Shown: positions 26,562 through 38,376 of the stretch, one piece after another | Numbering within the stretch: the first letter of the stretch is position 1 | Layout of the letters: the number at the start of each line of letters is the position of its first letter | Assembly (NCBI GenBank): GCA_964016885.1 | Contig: OZ024742.1 | Coordinates: forward strand, 17,980,001-18,044,000 | Length of the DNA: 64,000 nucleotides | Origin: Eledone cirrhosa | Taxonomy: Eukaryota | Direction of reading: 5' to 3' | Notes under the pieces: generated by a model | The model's database searches: none | Told to the model about the DNA's origin: nothing | The model's input: the letters and a program-made list of their open reading frames with translations, nothing else | Program-made: the position numbers and the translations under genes

Positions 26562-26604
26562 GTCAAAGTTCTTTCGTCACACATTCTGTGACCTCTTCAG
26601 TGAC
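26562..26604 (-). ncRNA. Type I hammerhead ribozyme
   Basis: GTCA-CTGAAGA-G-GTCACA(GAATG)TGTGAC-GAAA-GAAC-TT-TGAC. Confidence 0.7.
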
Positions 26605-26844
26605 TGGGGATTCTTTTCTTTGTTTCGTGCCTCTCCTTTGTTCTGTCCTACGCCATCTTGTTTTTGTGTTTGTTGTGTGCTTAGTTTGCGCATGTGTTAC
26701 ATCCGCACGTGTGAGGAAAGAACTTTGACAATATATGAAGAACCGTCCGGTTGTGGAACCAACCAGCCAACCGAAAATTTATTAATTTTTTTTAAAAAAG
26801 GTTTTTTATTTTTTTTTTTTTTATATTTCTTAATTTATAATAAA

Positions 26845-27092
26845 CTAGCAGATGTACCCGGCGTTGCTCGGGAAATGAATGACCACCTGAGTTGTTCAAT
26901 GTCGTTTATGGGTTAGCTAGCAATTTCTGAGTGCATGTCAGCTTATGTCAGCTAATTGGCTAGCCAATGAGAGGTCGCCTCAATAGCACGTGCCAAATCG
27001 GCCTAGTACTTCAAAAGTTAAAAGGAGCCTAGTATTTGTACACAGACAGACATACACACACACAGAGACCGACTTACTTTTATATAGAGAGA
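26845..27092 (-). mobile_element. Non-autonomous Helitron-like element
   Basis: 5' TC, 3' hairpin CCCG-AGCAACGC-CGGG then CTAG; inserted between A and T with no TSD. Confidence 0.75.
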
Positions 27093-27152
27093 TTGGAGTG
27101 AAAGCAACTGGTGCGTGTGTTTCTTATTGGTAACATTACCCTCCCAAAGTAT

Positions 27153-27195
<43 letters not shown>

Positions 27196-27198
<3 letters not shown>

Positions 27199-27307
27199 CG
27201 GATGAAATGTGGTAAGGAACCAGGTGGACCATAAAGCACCAAAGTACTCAATACTTAGGGTAGTAGAGTGGGTAAGGAACGAGTAGGACCCCGGGGTCCT
27301 ACTCGTT

Positions 27308-27312
<5 letters not shown>
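27196..27312 (-). mobile_element. Penelope-like tail cassette starting at the HHR cleavage site, with fold-back
   Basis: ...GAGTAGGACCCC|GGGGTCCTACTCGTTCCT between two (TA)n tracts. Confidence 0.75.
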
Positions 27313-27364
<52 letters not shown>

Positions 27365-27376
27365 TTAATATAGAAA

Positions 27377-27426
27377 AGCTTCTGCAGGACTGGAACTGCT
27401 TCATTCGTGAGAAATCATCAGGAAAT
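27377..27426 (-). ncRNA. Decayed hammerhead (family of 15642 and 50672)
   Basis: CTGATGA-TTTC(TCAC)GAAT-GAAG-CAG..CTG-CA-GAAGCT; A15.1/U16.1 read as G/C. Confidence 0.5.
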
Positions 27427-27546
27427 ATATATACATATATACATACATATATATATATATATATATAGTAATAAGAATAAATTTGAAGACTAAAATCCAA
27501 GGGTGAAAGCAGCGATTCTTTGCTTAAACTTTAATCTATTATTTTA

Positions 27547-27626
<80 letters not shown>

Positions 27627-27673
27627 GTATATATATATATATGTATGTATGTATGTGTATATATATATATATA

Positions 27674-28060
27674 TATTAATAAGAGGAATTCCAACTTTGT
27701 CTGATTTACTCGTTTTATTTACAATCCTTTAAAATTTATAATGGTATTATAATGAAATAGTATGATAGAATATTAAATTCTAAGTGTTAATTGAACAAGC
27801 ACTTTCATGCTTTCGCAATCTTCAGGTTCATAATATGTGGTGACAGTCAAGTTTGCAATTTTCAACTGTTGAAAATTGCAAACTTGACTGTCACCACATA
27901 TTATGAACCTGAAGATTGCGAAAGCATGAAAGTGCTTGTTCAATTAACACTTAGAATTTAATATTCTATCATACTATTTCATTATAATACCATTATAAAT
28001 TTTAAAGGATTGTAAATAAAACGAGTAAATCAGACAAAGTTGGAATTCCTCTTATTAATA
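27674..28060. repeat. Palindrome with 193-bp arms and 1-nt centre (27867), carrying two HHRs
   Basis: Arms read as exact reverse complements. Confidence 0.9.
27904..27942 (+). ncRNA. Minimal hammerhead (mirror copy 27792-27830 on the minus strand)
   Basis: TGAAC-CTGAAGA-TTGC(GAAA)GCAT-GAAA-GTGC-TT-GTTCA. Confidence 0.7.
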
Positions 28061-28100
28061 TAATCTTCTATACACAATCATACACACCCGTGTGTATTTA

Positions 28101-28139
<39 letters not shown>

Positions 28140-28143
<4 letters not shown>

Positions 28144-29320
28144 AAATGGCGTGCTGCGGGGTTGATAATGGGTTACATATGAATAAAATTACTCCTTCAT
28201 CAGTGATCTTCCAGCCTTCATTGGTATTTCATCGCTTTAAAGACCATATACCTCTGGTTGATGCGAGCAACGGCTAAAGAAGTCGTTGGGACACGTAAAT
28301 AGGGGGAACGAGCGAGACAGTAAACAAACAAAGATGGTAATGCAACGAAAAGTGAGGAAGAAGGAGTCAAGTCCCTGAAATCGATGAACATAAGTTCTGT
28401 GAAATCGTAGACGAGAGAATAAAGACCATCCAACCTGGTCGAAATGTGAGCGAGGAAAGAATTTCGCACAGGTCAAACGGGAGGAAGTGATGGAGAGGGA
28501 GTAACAGAGAGTGAGGGAGTGAAAGTGTGAGGAAGAGGCTAACAGAGAGAGTGACTGGCAGAGGGAGTAAAAATAAAGTGAGAGATACAGAGAAAGGGGA
28601 AGCAGTAAGAAAGAAACAGACGGGTCACAGCGGAGGAAAATATATAAATATATGAAAAAATGGCGTGCTGCGTGGTTGCAAATGGGTTACATATGAATAA
28701 AATTACTCCTTCATCAGTAATCTTCCAACCTTCATTGGTATTTCATCGCTTTAAAGACCATATACCTCTGGTTGGTGCGATCAACGGCTAAAGAATGTCG
28801 TTGGGACACGTAAATAGGGGGAACGAGCGAGACAGTAAACAAACAAAGATGGTAATGCAACGAAAAGTGAGGAAGAAGGAGTCAAGTCCCTGAAATCGAT
28901 GAACATAAGTTCTGTGAAATCGTAGACGAGAGAATAAAGACCATCCAACCTGGTCGAAATGTGAGCGAGGAAAGAATTTCGCACAAGTCAAACGGGAGAA
29001 AGTGATGGAGAGGGAGTAACAGAGAGTGAGTGAGTGAAAGTGTGAGGAAGAGGCTAACAGAGGTAACTGGTCTTTAAAGCGATGAAATACCAATGAAGGC
29101 TGGAAGATCACTGATGAAGGACTAATTTTATTCATATGTAACCCATTTGCAACCACGTAGCACGCCATTTTTTCATATATTTATATATTTTCCTCCGCTG
29201 TGTCCCGTCTGTTTCTTTCTTACTGCTTCCCCTTTCTCAGTATCTCTCACTTTCTTTTTACTCCCTCTGCTAGTCACTCTCTCTGTTACCCTCTTCCTCA
29301 CACTTTACTCACTCACTCTC
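28140..29320. mobile_element. Tandem (about 514-bp unit) plus inverted repeat element, probably Penelope-like
   Basis: 28140-28653 and 28654-29062 direct; 29069-29320 inverted; further copy at 34412-34610. Confidence 0.65.
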
Positions 29321-29654
29321 TGCTATGAGAATGTGTAAAAAGATATATAAATAATTAATAATATATAATACATAAACTTATATAACTGTTAAAAATGTAA
29401 ATAATAATAATATATTCATACCTCATTATTGTTGATAGTGGAAGTGATAGATGAAATAGCAAATCATGAGGAAAGAGAGATAAAAAAGAGAAAAAAGAAG
29501 GAGATTTGATGATAGGAACAAGAGAAGGGAGAAATGATCAAATGATAGAGAGGAAAATAAGTTAAATCTTATAATCATATATAGTTGTAGGTGATGTTAT
29601 TTGCTTTAACAGTACATTTATAAACTAGGTTCTTATCAAAACAATTATTTTGCA

Positions 29655-30030
29655 GAGGGCAATTTGATCTATTTCTACAGTTACATTTCGATTTACTGCA
29701 AATAACATCACCTACAACTATATAGGAGCAACCTCATCGAGCTTTAAATTAAGATATTCGAATCACAAGCACTCTTTTTCGAATCCGGATAAGAAATTCT
29801 CTACCTCTTTATCACAACTCATATGGTCCTTGAAAGACAAAAATTTAGAGTACTCAATATTTTGGTCAAAACTTTGTAATAGCTAAGTCTACATTAATTC
29901 CTCCGTATCACCTAACTGCAATCTTTGTGATATAGAGACTCTATTAATAATTACTAATTATGATAAGTTAATTAACAAAAAAAGTGAATTATTCTCAAAT
30001 TGCTTGCACAAAGCTTATCTACATTCCAAG
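29655..30030 (+). pseudogene. GIY-YIG endonuclease remnant of a Penelope-like element
   Basis: NLIY/(frameshift)/TVTF...YNYIGATSSSFKLRYSNHKHSF...TSLSQLIWSLK...CNLCDIE...LINKKSELFSNCLHK. Confidence 0.75.
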
Positions 30031-30944
30031 CTTCACAAAAAATCAGGAAAAAACATTGAATAAATGTGAAATGATTTAGACGTTTATTAATAACTCTGAG
30101 TGTGAAACAATATTGTCTAAGATTAAAAATTCTTGTAATGCTTTTATTATTTATACTATTATTAATATTAGATTAAGGGTTTCTACCTTAACATTGAAAG
30201 TGTTAACCTGATCTCTTGTTGAGTACGTATTGACCTTTAGATTGTTTAAATACATTTAATTTTGGTGTTCGTATTTTTTAAATCTTATATCTTATATATT
30301 TGATACCTTTAATGTATTCAAGCTTGTAAACCGTTTAATTACTTTGAATGGTTATTTACGATTCACGAGGATATGATTATACATTTATAGTATAAAAGTC
30401 TCCTTAGATCCAAGTTGATAAATTTGTTTGTATATTTAAATTGATGTAAAATTTTAAATACAGTAAAATCTAGTTGAATTAAATTTATAACACTCTTAAC
30501 ATACTACATATAAGTGACTAATATCGTCTTAAACCTTAAAATTTATAGTCGATATATAAATTATCTAGATAAATCTGGTTTAATAATATCTTATTAAATA
30601 CATTTATAATGCTTTATGACTTATTAATAACATTTTAATTTTAAGGTTTTTTTTTACTAATGTATTGATTATATTCTTGATTTTAATATACTTTTAAATA
30701 TACTTAACAATAATGAGGTATGAATATATTATTATTATTTAAATTTTTAACAGTTATATAAGTTTATGTATTATATATTATTAATTATTTATATATCTTT
30801 ATACACATTCTCATACGCACCCTCTGTATTATATGTAATCTTTTCAACTTAAGGTATATAAATATCGAGTTTTGTCATAAATAATCACTGCCATGACTAA
30901 ATTATAGAACCATCAACATAGTCAAGGTATGTCAGGCATCAACT

Positions 30945-31010
30945 TATTTTATCTGATGAGGGCGTACTGTTGAAATAGCTCAGTATCTCTGAAATATGTA
31001 TAATAAAATA
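30945..31010 (+). ncRNA. Type I hammerhead ribozyme downstream of the GIY-YIG remnant
   Basis: TATTTTAT-CTGATGA-GGGCGTACTG/CAGTATCTCT-GAAA-TATGTA-TA-ATAAAATA. Confidence 0.8.
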
Positions 31011-31144
31011 TATTTGATCACATGAATGTCTATATTTATTAATATTGTGAAATAATATTAATAACTCCAAAAATCTTTTTGTAGAGTGTTTATAATCTAT
31101 TGTGAAACTTTATTCATTGATGAATTCATTGAACCTTGTTAAAC

Positions 31145-31221
<77 letters not shown>

Positions 31222-31382
31222 GTGTATACATATATACATATATATATATATGTATATATACATATATATATATGTGTATGTCTGTGTGCGCTGAGAATAC
31301 ATATATCAACACATATACAGACTTATCGACCTATTCAAAGCAGTATATTTCTTATACAAATATACACATATATATACATGTG

Positions 31383-31447
<65 letters not shown>

Positions 31448-32183
31448 TTATATATATGTATATATATATACATACATATATATATATATACATATATATA
31501 CATATATATATACATATATATATATACATATATAAATTTCTTAGTGGTATTTTTGTATTAGTATTCTTGTATTAGTATTTATGTATTAGTATTCTGAATT
31601 AATATTTCGTATTATTCTGAATTAATATTTCGTAATATTTTTGTAGTAGTATTTTATTATGTTTGTTCTCAACTTATTAACCTGTCATTGTAAGATAGCA
31701 TTGATTGATTACTACTAACTATAGCAGTGGTGTTAGACCTCCTGTAAAGCCGGCTTTATAAAATTCTTTCACTACAATCTCGTGTTTAGTACTTTTCTCC
31801 ACCTATTAAACTTTTCTATAGCTTAGCAATACCAATGAGAGATTTGGTGATTGTGGGGATGGAGTAGTAACCAGAAATTGTTTTTTATATATTTATTTCC
31901 TTATGTTTACTCCCTTTCGATTTAACTATTCATTCAACTCTCCCCCCCCCCCTCCCTTTCCCTTCTCCAGTACACTTTTTTCGACCTTCTATACACTATC
32001 CTTAGAATCTGGTGTATAGATTTCACTTTCAACGCTTGACTGGGTTCCCCCACTCCCTCTTTGTTCTACCGGCAAGTTCAGCCACACCTACCTCCCACTA
32101 AATGCCATGATAGAATCATCTGTCTTTATAACAAATTTTTTACCAATCCTTTTGACAATTACTATCTTCCCATATAAGGAATT

Positions 32184-32279
32184 ACCCCCTGAGAAGTTCG
32201 GCTATTTATTTACCAGGCTAAAAATTCTTATTTAGTCCAGAATTAGCCGTCGAAACGGCTTGAGCTCTGCCGTCGGGGT
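32184..32279 (+). ncRNA. Hammerhead-like ribozyme with CUGAGAA core, second copy
   Basis: ACCCC-CTGAGAA-GTTCGGCTA...TAGCCGTC-GAAA-CGGC..GCCG-TC-GGGGT. Confidence 0.7.
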
Positions 32280-32313
32280 CATACTTGTTCCCATATACAT
32301 ATATATATATATA

Positions 32314-32786
32314 TACAATATTAAATAAATGGAAAACTATATTTATAAAACCATATTTATTTCATTATATATATTTCGGGGATATCATATTAACAATATG
32401 CTATGCCTTCATCAGACAAAATACAATATAAACAGTTTTATAGATAAATATATTCGACATACCGTAATAAACATCAACTTCATTTGAAGAGGTTCACTCT
32501 AGCAGTGAAAATACAGAGAGAAAGAAAGAGAGAGAGAAAAGAGGGAAATAAGAAAGAAAGAAAGACGAAACGAAGAAAAGGAAGAAAAAGAAGAAAAAGA
32601 AGAAATGCATGGGACAAAATAGAGAGATGGAAAAATAGATAAAGCGAAGAGCTTCATGTAAAGAGACCGAAAGAGATATATATATATATATAGAGAGAGG
32701 AAATAGAGATAGATACATATATAAATATAGATATAGAAAAATTAGGTAGTGGGAGGTCATTTTGAGTAAGTGTATCAATGATGCAT

Positions 32787-32825
<39 letters not shown>

Positions 32826-33416
32826 GCTCAAGTATTAATGTAAGGGAGATATAGAGAGATATAGAGAGATATAGAGAGAGAAAAATTTAAAAATAGCCAG
32901 ACATATTCGAGGCGTAGAAAACCCTATGTTTTAATGTATTAGTATTTATAAAACTTACACTATATTGTAAATATCAGTATTCCTGAATGAAACAAGTATT
33001 CACAATGCGTGAAAATTCATTATCTTATGTTTAGTTTTTTAAAAAAATTCATATGTCTATGTGAATCCAACTGATTCACTCCGCAAATTCTAAGTTACCG
33101 GAAAACATTCTCAATGTGGTATAAACATTTGAGCGTATTATTATTCTTGCGATTACTCTACAAGATTATCTATCAAGCAGAAATAGAGAGCAGATTTCAA
33201 TATACTAATCGAAAATATATATTATATTATAAGCAGAGATAACAATAATAATGATAATAAGTAAAAATATATAAAAATATAAAAATATAGAATAGAAAAC
33301 TAAAAAAGAATATTACGAAAGAATATTACATAATAAAAATATTGCATATTAAAAATACTACGTATTAAAAATATTACGTATTAAAACTTTACATATAAAA
33401 ATATTAATACTTGAGC

Positions 33417-33451
<35 letters not shown>

Positions 33452-33924
33452 ATGCATCATTGATACACTTACTCAAAATGACCTCCCACTACCTAATTTT
33501 TCTATATCTATATTTATATATGTATCTATCTCTATTTCCTCTCTCTATATATATATATATATCTCTTTCGGTCTCTTTACATGAAGCTCTTCGCTTTATC
33601 TATTTTTCCATCTCTCTATTTTGTCCCATGCATTTCTTCTTTTTCTTCTTTTTCTTCCTTTTCTTCGTTTCGTCTTTCTTTCTTTCTTATTTCCCTCTTT
33701 TCTCTCTCTCTTTCTTTCTCTCTGTATTTTCACTGCTAGAGTGAACCTCTTCAAATGAAGTTGATGTTTATTACGGTATGTCGAATATATTTATCTATAA
33801 AACTGTTTATATTGTATTTTGTCTGATGAAGGCATAGCATATTGTTAATATGATATCCCCGAAATATATATAATGAAATAAATATGGTTTTATAAATATA
33901 GTTTTCCATTTATTTAATATTGTA
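32314..33924. repeat. Inverted repeat with about 525-bp arms (32314-32839 / 33403-33924)
   Basis: Identical 94-aa spurious ORF on opposite strands confirms arm identity. Confidence 0.9.
33815..33880 (+). ncRNA. Type I hammerhead (mirror copy 32358-32423 on the minus strand)
   Basis: TATTTTGT-CTGATGA-[stem II]-GAAA-TATATA-TA-ATGAAATA. Confidence 0.75.
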
Positions 33925-34008
33925 AATATACTCCAAGTATTTGTCGAGTGCTTTTATATCAGTTATAAATATTTACTAGTTGTAACCCAACAATTTTAAA
34001 TATAACTT

Positions 34009-34214
<206 letters not shown>

Positions 34215-34275
34215 CCTAACTCGTCCCATGGACTGACTATTCTACCACTACGGGTATTACCTTCCAGTGTTCTAC

Positions 34276-34411
<136 letters not shown>

Positions 34412-34607
34412 GAGAAAATGGCGTGCTGCGTGGTTGCAAATGGGTTACATATGAATAAAATTAGTCCTTCATCAGTGATCTTCCAGCCTTCATTGGTATT
34501 TCATCGCTTTAAAGATCATATACCTCTGGTTGGTGCGAACAACGGCTAAAGAAAGTCGTTGGCACACGTAAAATAGGGTGAAACGAGCGAGACATGGAAA
34601 CAAACAA

Positions 34608-34668
<61 letters not shown>

Positions 34669-34821
34669 CAAGATGTATGGTAGGTCGTATGTGAATCGCG
34701 ATGATCACGTCTGACCTACCAAATATGTGACGGTAGCTAGTTAAGCTCTATGCGTATACGCAGAGCAGAAATATTAGTGGAAAAGAACAAAGGAACTATT
34801 ATGACATTATAACGAGTTTAT

Positions 34822-34868
34822 TGCCGACAGCCGTTTCGTCCGACCATATGGTGGGACTTTTCAAGGCA
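34822..34868 (-). ncRNA. Hammerhead with U3-A8 core variant
   Basis: TGCC-TTGAAAA-GTCC...GGAC-GAAA-CGGCTG-TC-GGCA. Confidence 0.7.
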
Positions 34869-35740
34869 TATAACATGTGATTGTAGGATCATTATTTACA
34901 TCAACGTATCACTCAAGGCTAGCAGTTTGAAATTGTGGTATACATCAGCAGCTCCGCTTGTATAGTTGGGGTCTATACTCTTTTATATTAGTTGTCGGGG
35001 TCAGGGATTGAAGGTTAAAAATTAGATAATATATAATTTAGATAATATATAATTTACGCATTAACAGTAAACTAAAAGACTTGGGATCCCGTAGAAGCAC
35101 CTTAAAAAATCCCTCAATAAGTGCATAAAGCTTACAGGCTCCAATAAGCCTAATAAACTAGAAGAAATTAAGAGGCTAATAAAATAAAAAATAAAAATAT
35201 AAAGTTTCCTACGAAATTCCTTCGAGAGAAAAAAAATTTTTTCCCCCGAGATCACGTTTACAAATTTCTGAAAACTTACGGAGTTTTGATATTCCCTACT
35301 AAGTTGAAAGAAACTAATCACTTAAAGGTTAATTCAAAGAGCCTTCTATAAATCTCTCAGAAACGGCCCCTTTAATATTTTTAATAGGAACTTCCTCCGA
35401 GAGACCCTTCGAAGAATTAAAATTTTAGAGAGCCTTTAAGGATATATATAAAAACGAATTGAGGAAAATTATACATTAAAAGTTTAAAATTACGGTATTT
35501 GGGATATCCGAGGAATTTTCAAAGGGCTGCTTCAACAGATACAACTTAGGCATAATAGATACAATAATTTAAGTAATTTAAGTAATTTAATTAGGGAGCA
35601 ATTCAAAGAGTTTATCAAGTTGGGCAAGATTAAAGAAAGTGGTAAATAAGAAAATACATAAGCAAAAAGACAATAATTATAACATGTATTTTTAAGAAGG
35701 TATAAGGTAGCTTCAGTAATCTAACAATGTATTATATATA

Positions 35741-36057
35741 TATAAAGAAAAAGAGATGAAATCGAAAATGCAACTGGAGTCTTATTTTTTTTTTTTTTTT
35801 TAAATATATATATTTATTTGGTTCCTTTACCGGTTTCGCAATTCTTCTGCTTTTCAAAAGTAGAGTTGAGATGGAGGTTCTGTGGTTTTTCTCACATCAG
35901 ATGTGAGAAAAACCACAGAACCTCCATCTCAACTCTACTTTTGAAAAGCAGAAGAACTGCGAAACCGGTAAAGGAACCAAATAAATATATATATTTTTAA
36001 AAAAATAAATAAATAAGACTCCAGTTGCATTTTCGATTTCATCTCTTTTTCTTTATA
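35741..36057. repeat. Palindrome with 158-bp arms (centre 35899), carrying two U3-A8 HHRs
   Basis: Near-perfect reverse complement; HHR at 35937-35974 (+) and 35824-35861 (-). Confidence 0.85.
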
Positions 36058-36115
36058 CTTTCACTCGTGTAAGACACCTCGGTTATTTTTCAATTTGTAA
36101 AAAAAAACACATCAC

Positions 36116-36215
<100 letters not shown>

Positions 36216-36405
36216 ATGTATGTTTATAAGTATAAACTATAAATACATCTCAAAACAGTTACATACATCTACTCACACACATTGTGAAGTCGTGTGAATA
36301 TGATGAACTTACCCGTCAGGCCGAATCACTATAAAATTATGTGGAGAGGGTGTTGTATAACCGACCACACACATTGTCATAATCGCACCCCTCTCTCTCT
36401 CTCTC

Positions 36406-36453
<48 letters not shown>

Positions 36454-36473
36454 TCACTCACTCTCTCTCTCTC

Positions 36474-36601
<128 letters not shown>

Positions 36602-36859
36602 TATATATATTTAACTCGACCTCTCCGCCTATATACCTATGTATCTATTTACTCTGTTGAGTACTTTACCAACCATACAACAACGTTCCAGCGATTTAAA
36701 TTGACAACATTTCATAGCTGTGTATGTATTACTTTCCTTAATCATTCCTAATAGTCTTGTTTCTCTTTTTTATTCTCTTTCTTCCTTTTTGTTTCATAAA
36801 TTAGAAGAAAAGATTTATCGTAGATGTTGTCGCTTCCATTTATAATTCCATTTATAATT

Positions 36860-37210
36860 TGCTGTGGAAACTTCTGGTGTCCTTGGCCCTAGGACTACCT
36901 CACTACTCACCCCCCTAGGCAATGAGTTGACTACCCGTAACAGTGGAGATTTCTGGTGTCTTTGGCCCTAGGACCACCTCCCTACTCACCGCCATCGGTA
37001 CAGAGTTGGCTACCTGGAGCAGTGGAGACTTCTGGTGTCTTTGGCCCTAGGACCACCTCCCTACTCACCACCATCGACACGGGCTTGGCTACCCGCTGGT
37101 ATGAGCCTCGTGAGCTGAAATGGTTCTTCCAACGCATCTCCCTCATCCTCCTCCGAGGAAACACCTTCTCTATTCAGTCTGCCGGGGTCGCTGCCGGGGT
37201 CGCATAATGA
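36860..37210 (+). pseudogene. CRE-clade 3' fragment with triplicated VETSGVLGP segment
   Basis: GTGGARAYTTCTGGTGTCYTTGGCCCTAGGAC near 36864, 36942 and 37022; WFFQRISLILLRGNT. Confidence 0.7.
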
Positions 37211-37339
37211 AAGATGGGGTGTTCGGACTTGGTGTATATGTATATATTTATTTACCACACGACATTAACTATATGTGTGTGTGTGTGTGTGAGGATGGAT
37301 AAGGTATTGTTTATGTATATTTTCCTTGCTGCTACTCTT

Positions 37340-37394
<55 letters not shown>

Positions 37395-37482
37395 ATATAT
37401 TATATATATATATATGTATATTATATATATATATATTATATATATATATATATATATTATATATAAATATATATATTATATA

Positions 37483-37527
<45 letters not shown>

Positions 37528-38088
37528 ATATTATATATATATTATATATATATATTATATATATATATATATAATATATAAATATGGCCAGCTCGCCGGG
37601 GTGTCAGAGTTCAGATTTTCTATTGAAGTGAAGATTTTCATATTCACTGAACCAGAACATTTCTCCCAATCCCTTTTCTCTTGACCACTATCTCTCCATT
37701 GTCATAACATTCACTATAAAGACTACAGAATAGCTTTCCAAATAAGGGCACAAAAATGTAATGAAAACTTGTTCACGTGACAGCCAAATTTCATTTATAA
37801 CCAACCCAAAAAAAGCCTTCGTGAGCCTCCTTTTTTCAAGTAAAAAGAAATTCAAACACTCATATATGAAAAAAACAACTTGTGACAACCCCCCCCCCCC
37901 CCCCCCCTCTCTTATTTGAAGAACTATTGTAACGCGAACTGGCGCGAAATTTATTATAATTATTGACAAACCAATCAAATTACTTCTCGAAAAACCTGGC
38001 ATTTCGAGCCACTTTTTCCATATAAAACAAGTAACATTCAGAGACCAACCAGATATGAGAAAAACCACAGACCCTCCATCTCAACTCA

Positions 38089-38126
38089 CCTTTTGAAAAG
38101 CAGAAGAACTGCGAAACCGGTAAAGG
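38089..38126 (+). ncRNA. Hammerhead with U3-A8 core variant
   Basis: CCTT-TTGAAAA-GCAG(AAGAA)CTGC-GAAA-CCGG-TA-AAGG. Confidence 0.7.
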
Positions 38127-38234
38127 AACCAAATAAATATATATATTTTTAAAAAAAATAAGACTCCAGTTGCATTTTCGATTCCATCTCTTTTTCTTTA
38201 TATATATATATATATATTATATATATATATTATA

Positions 38235-38279
<45 letters not shown>

Positions 38280-38339
38280 TATATATATTATATATATTAT
38301 ATATATATTATATATATATTATATATATTTATAATATAC

Positions 38340-38370
<31 letters not shown>

Positions 38371-38376
38371 ATTATA

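Noticed and set aside
32494-33744. Identical 94-aa ORF on both strands
   Set aside because: Low-complexity product of the inverted repeat, not a gene pair
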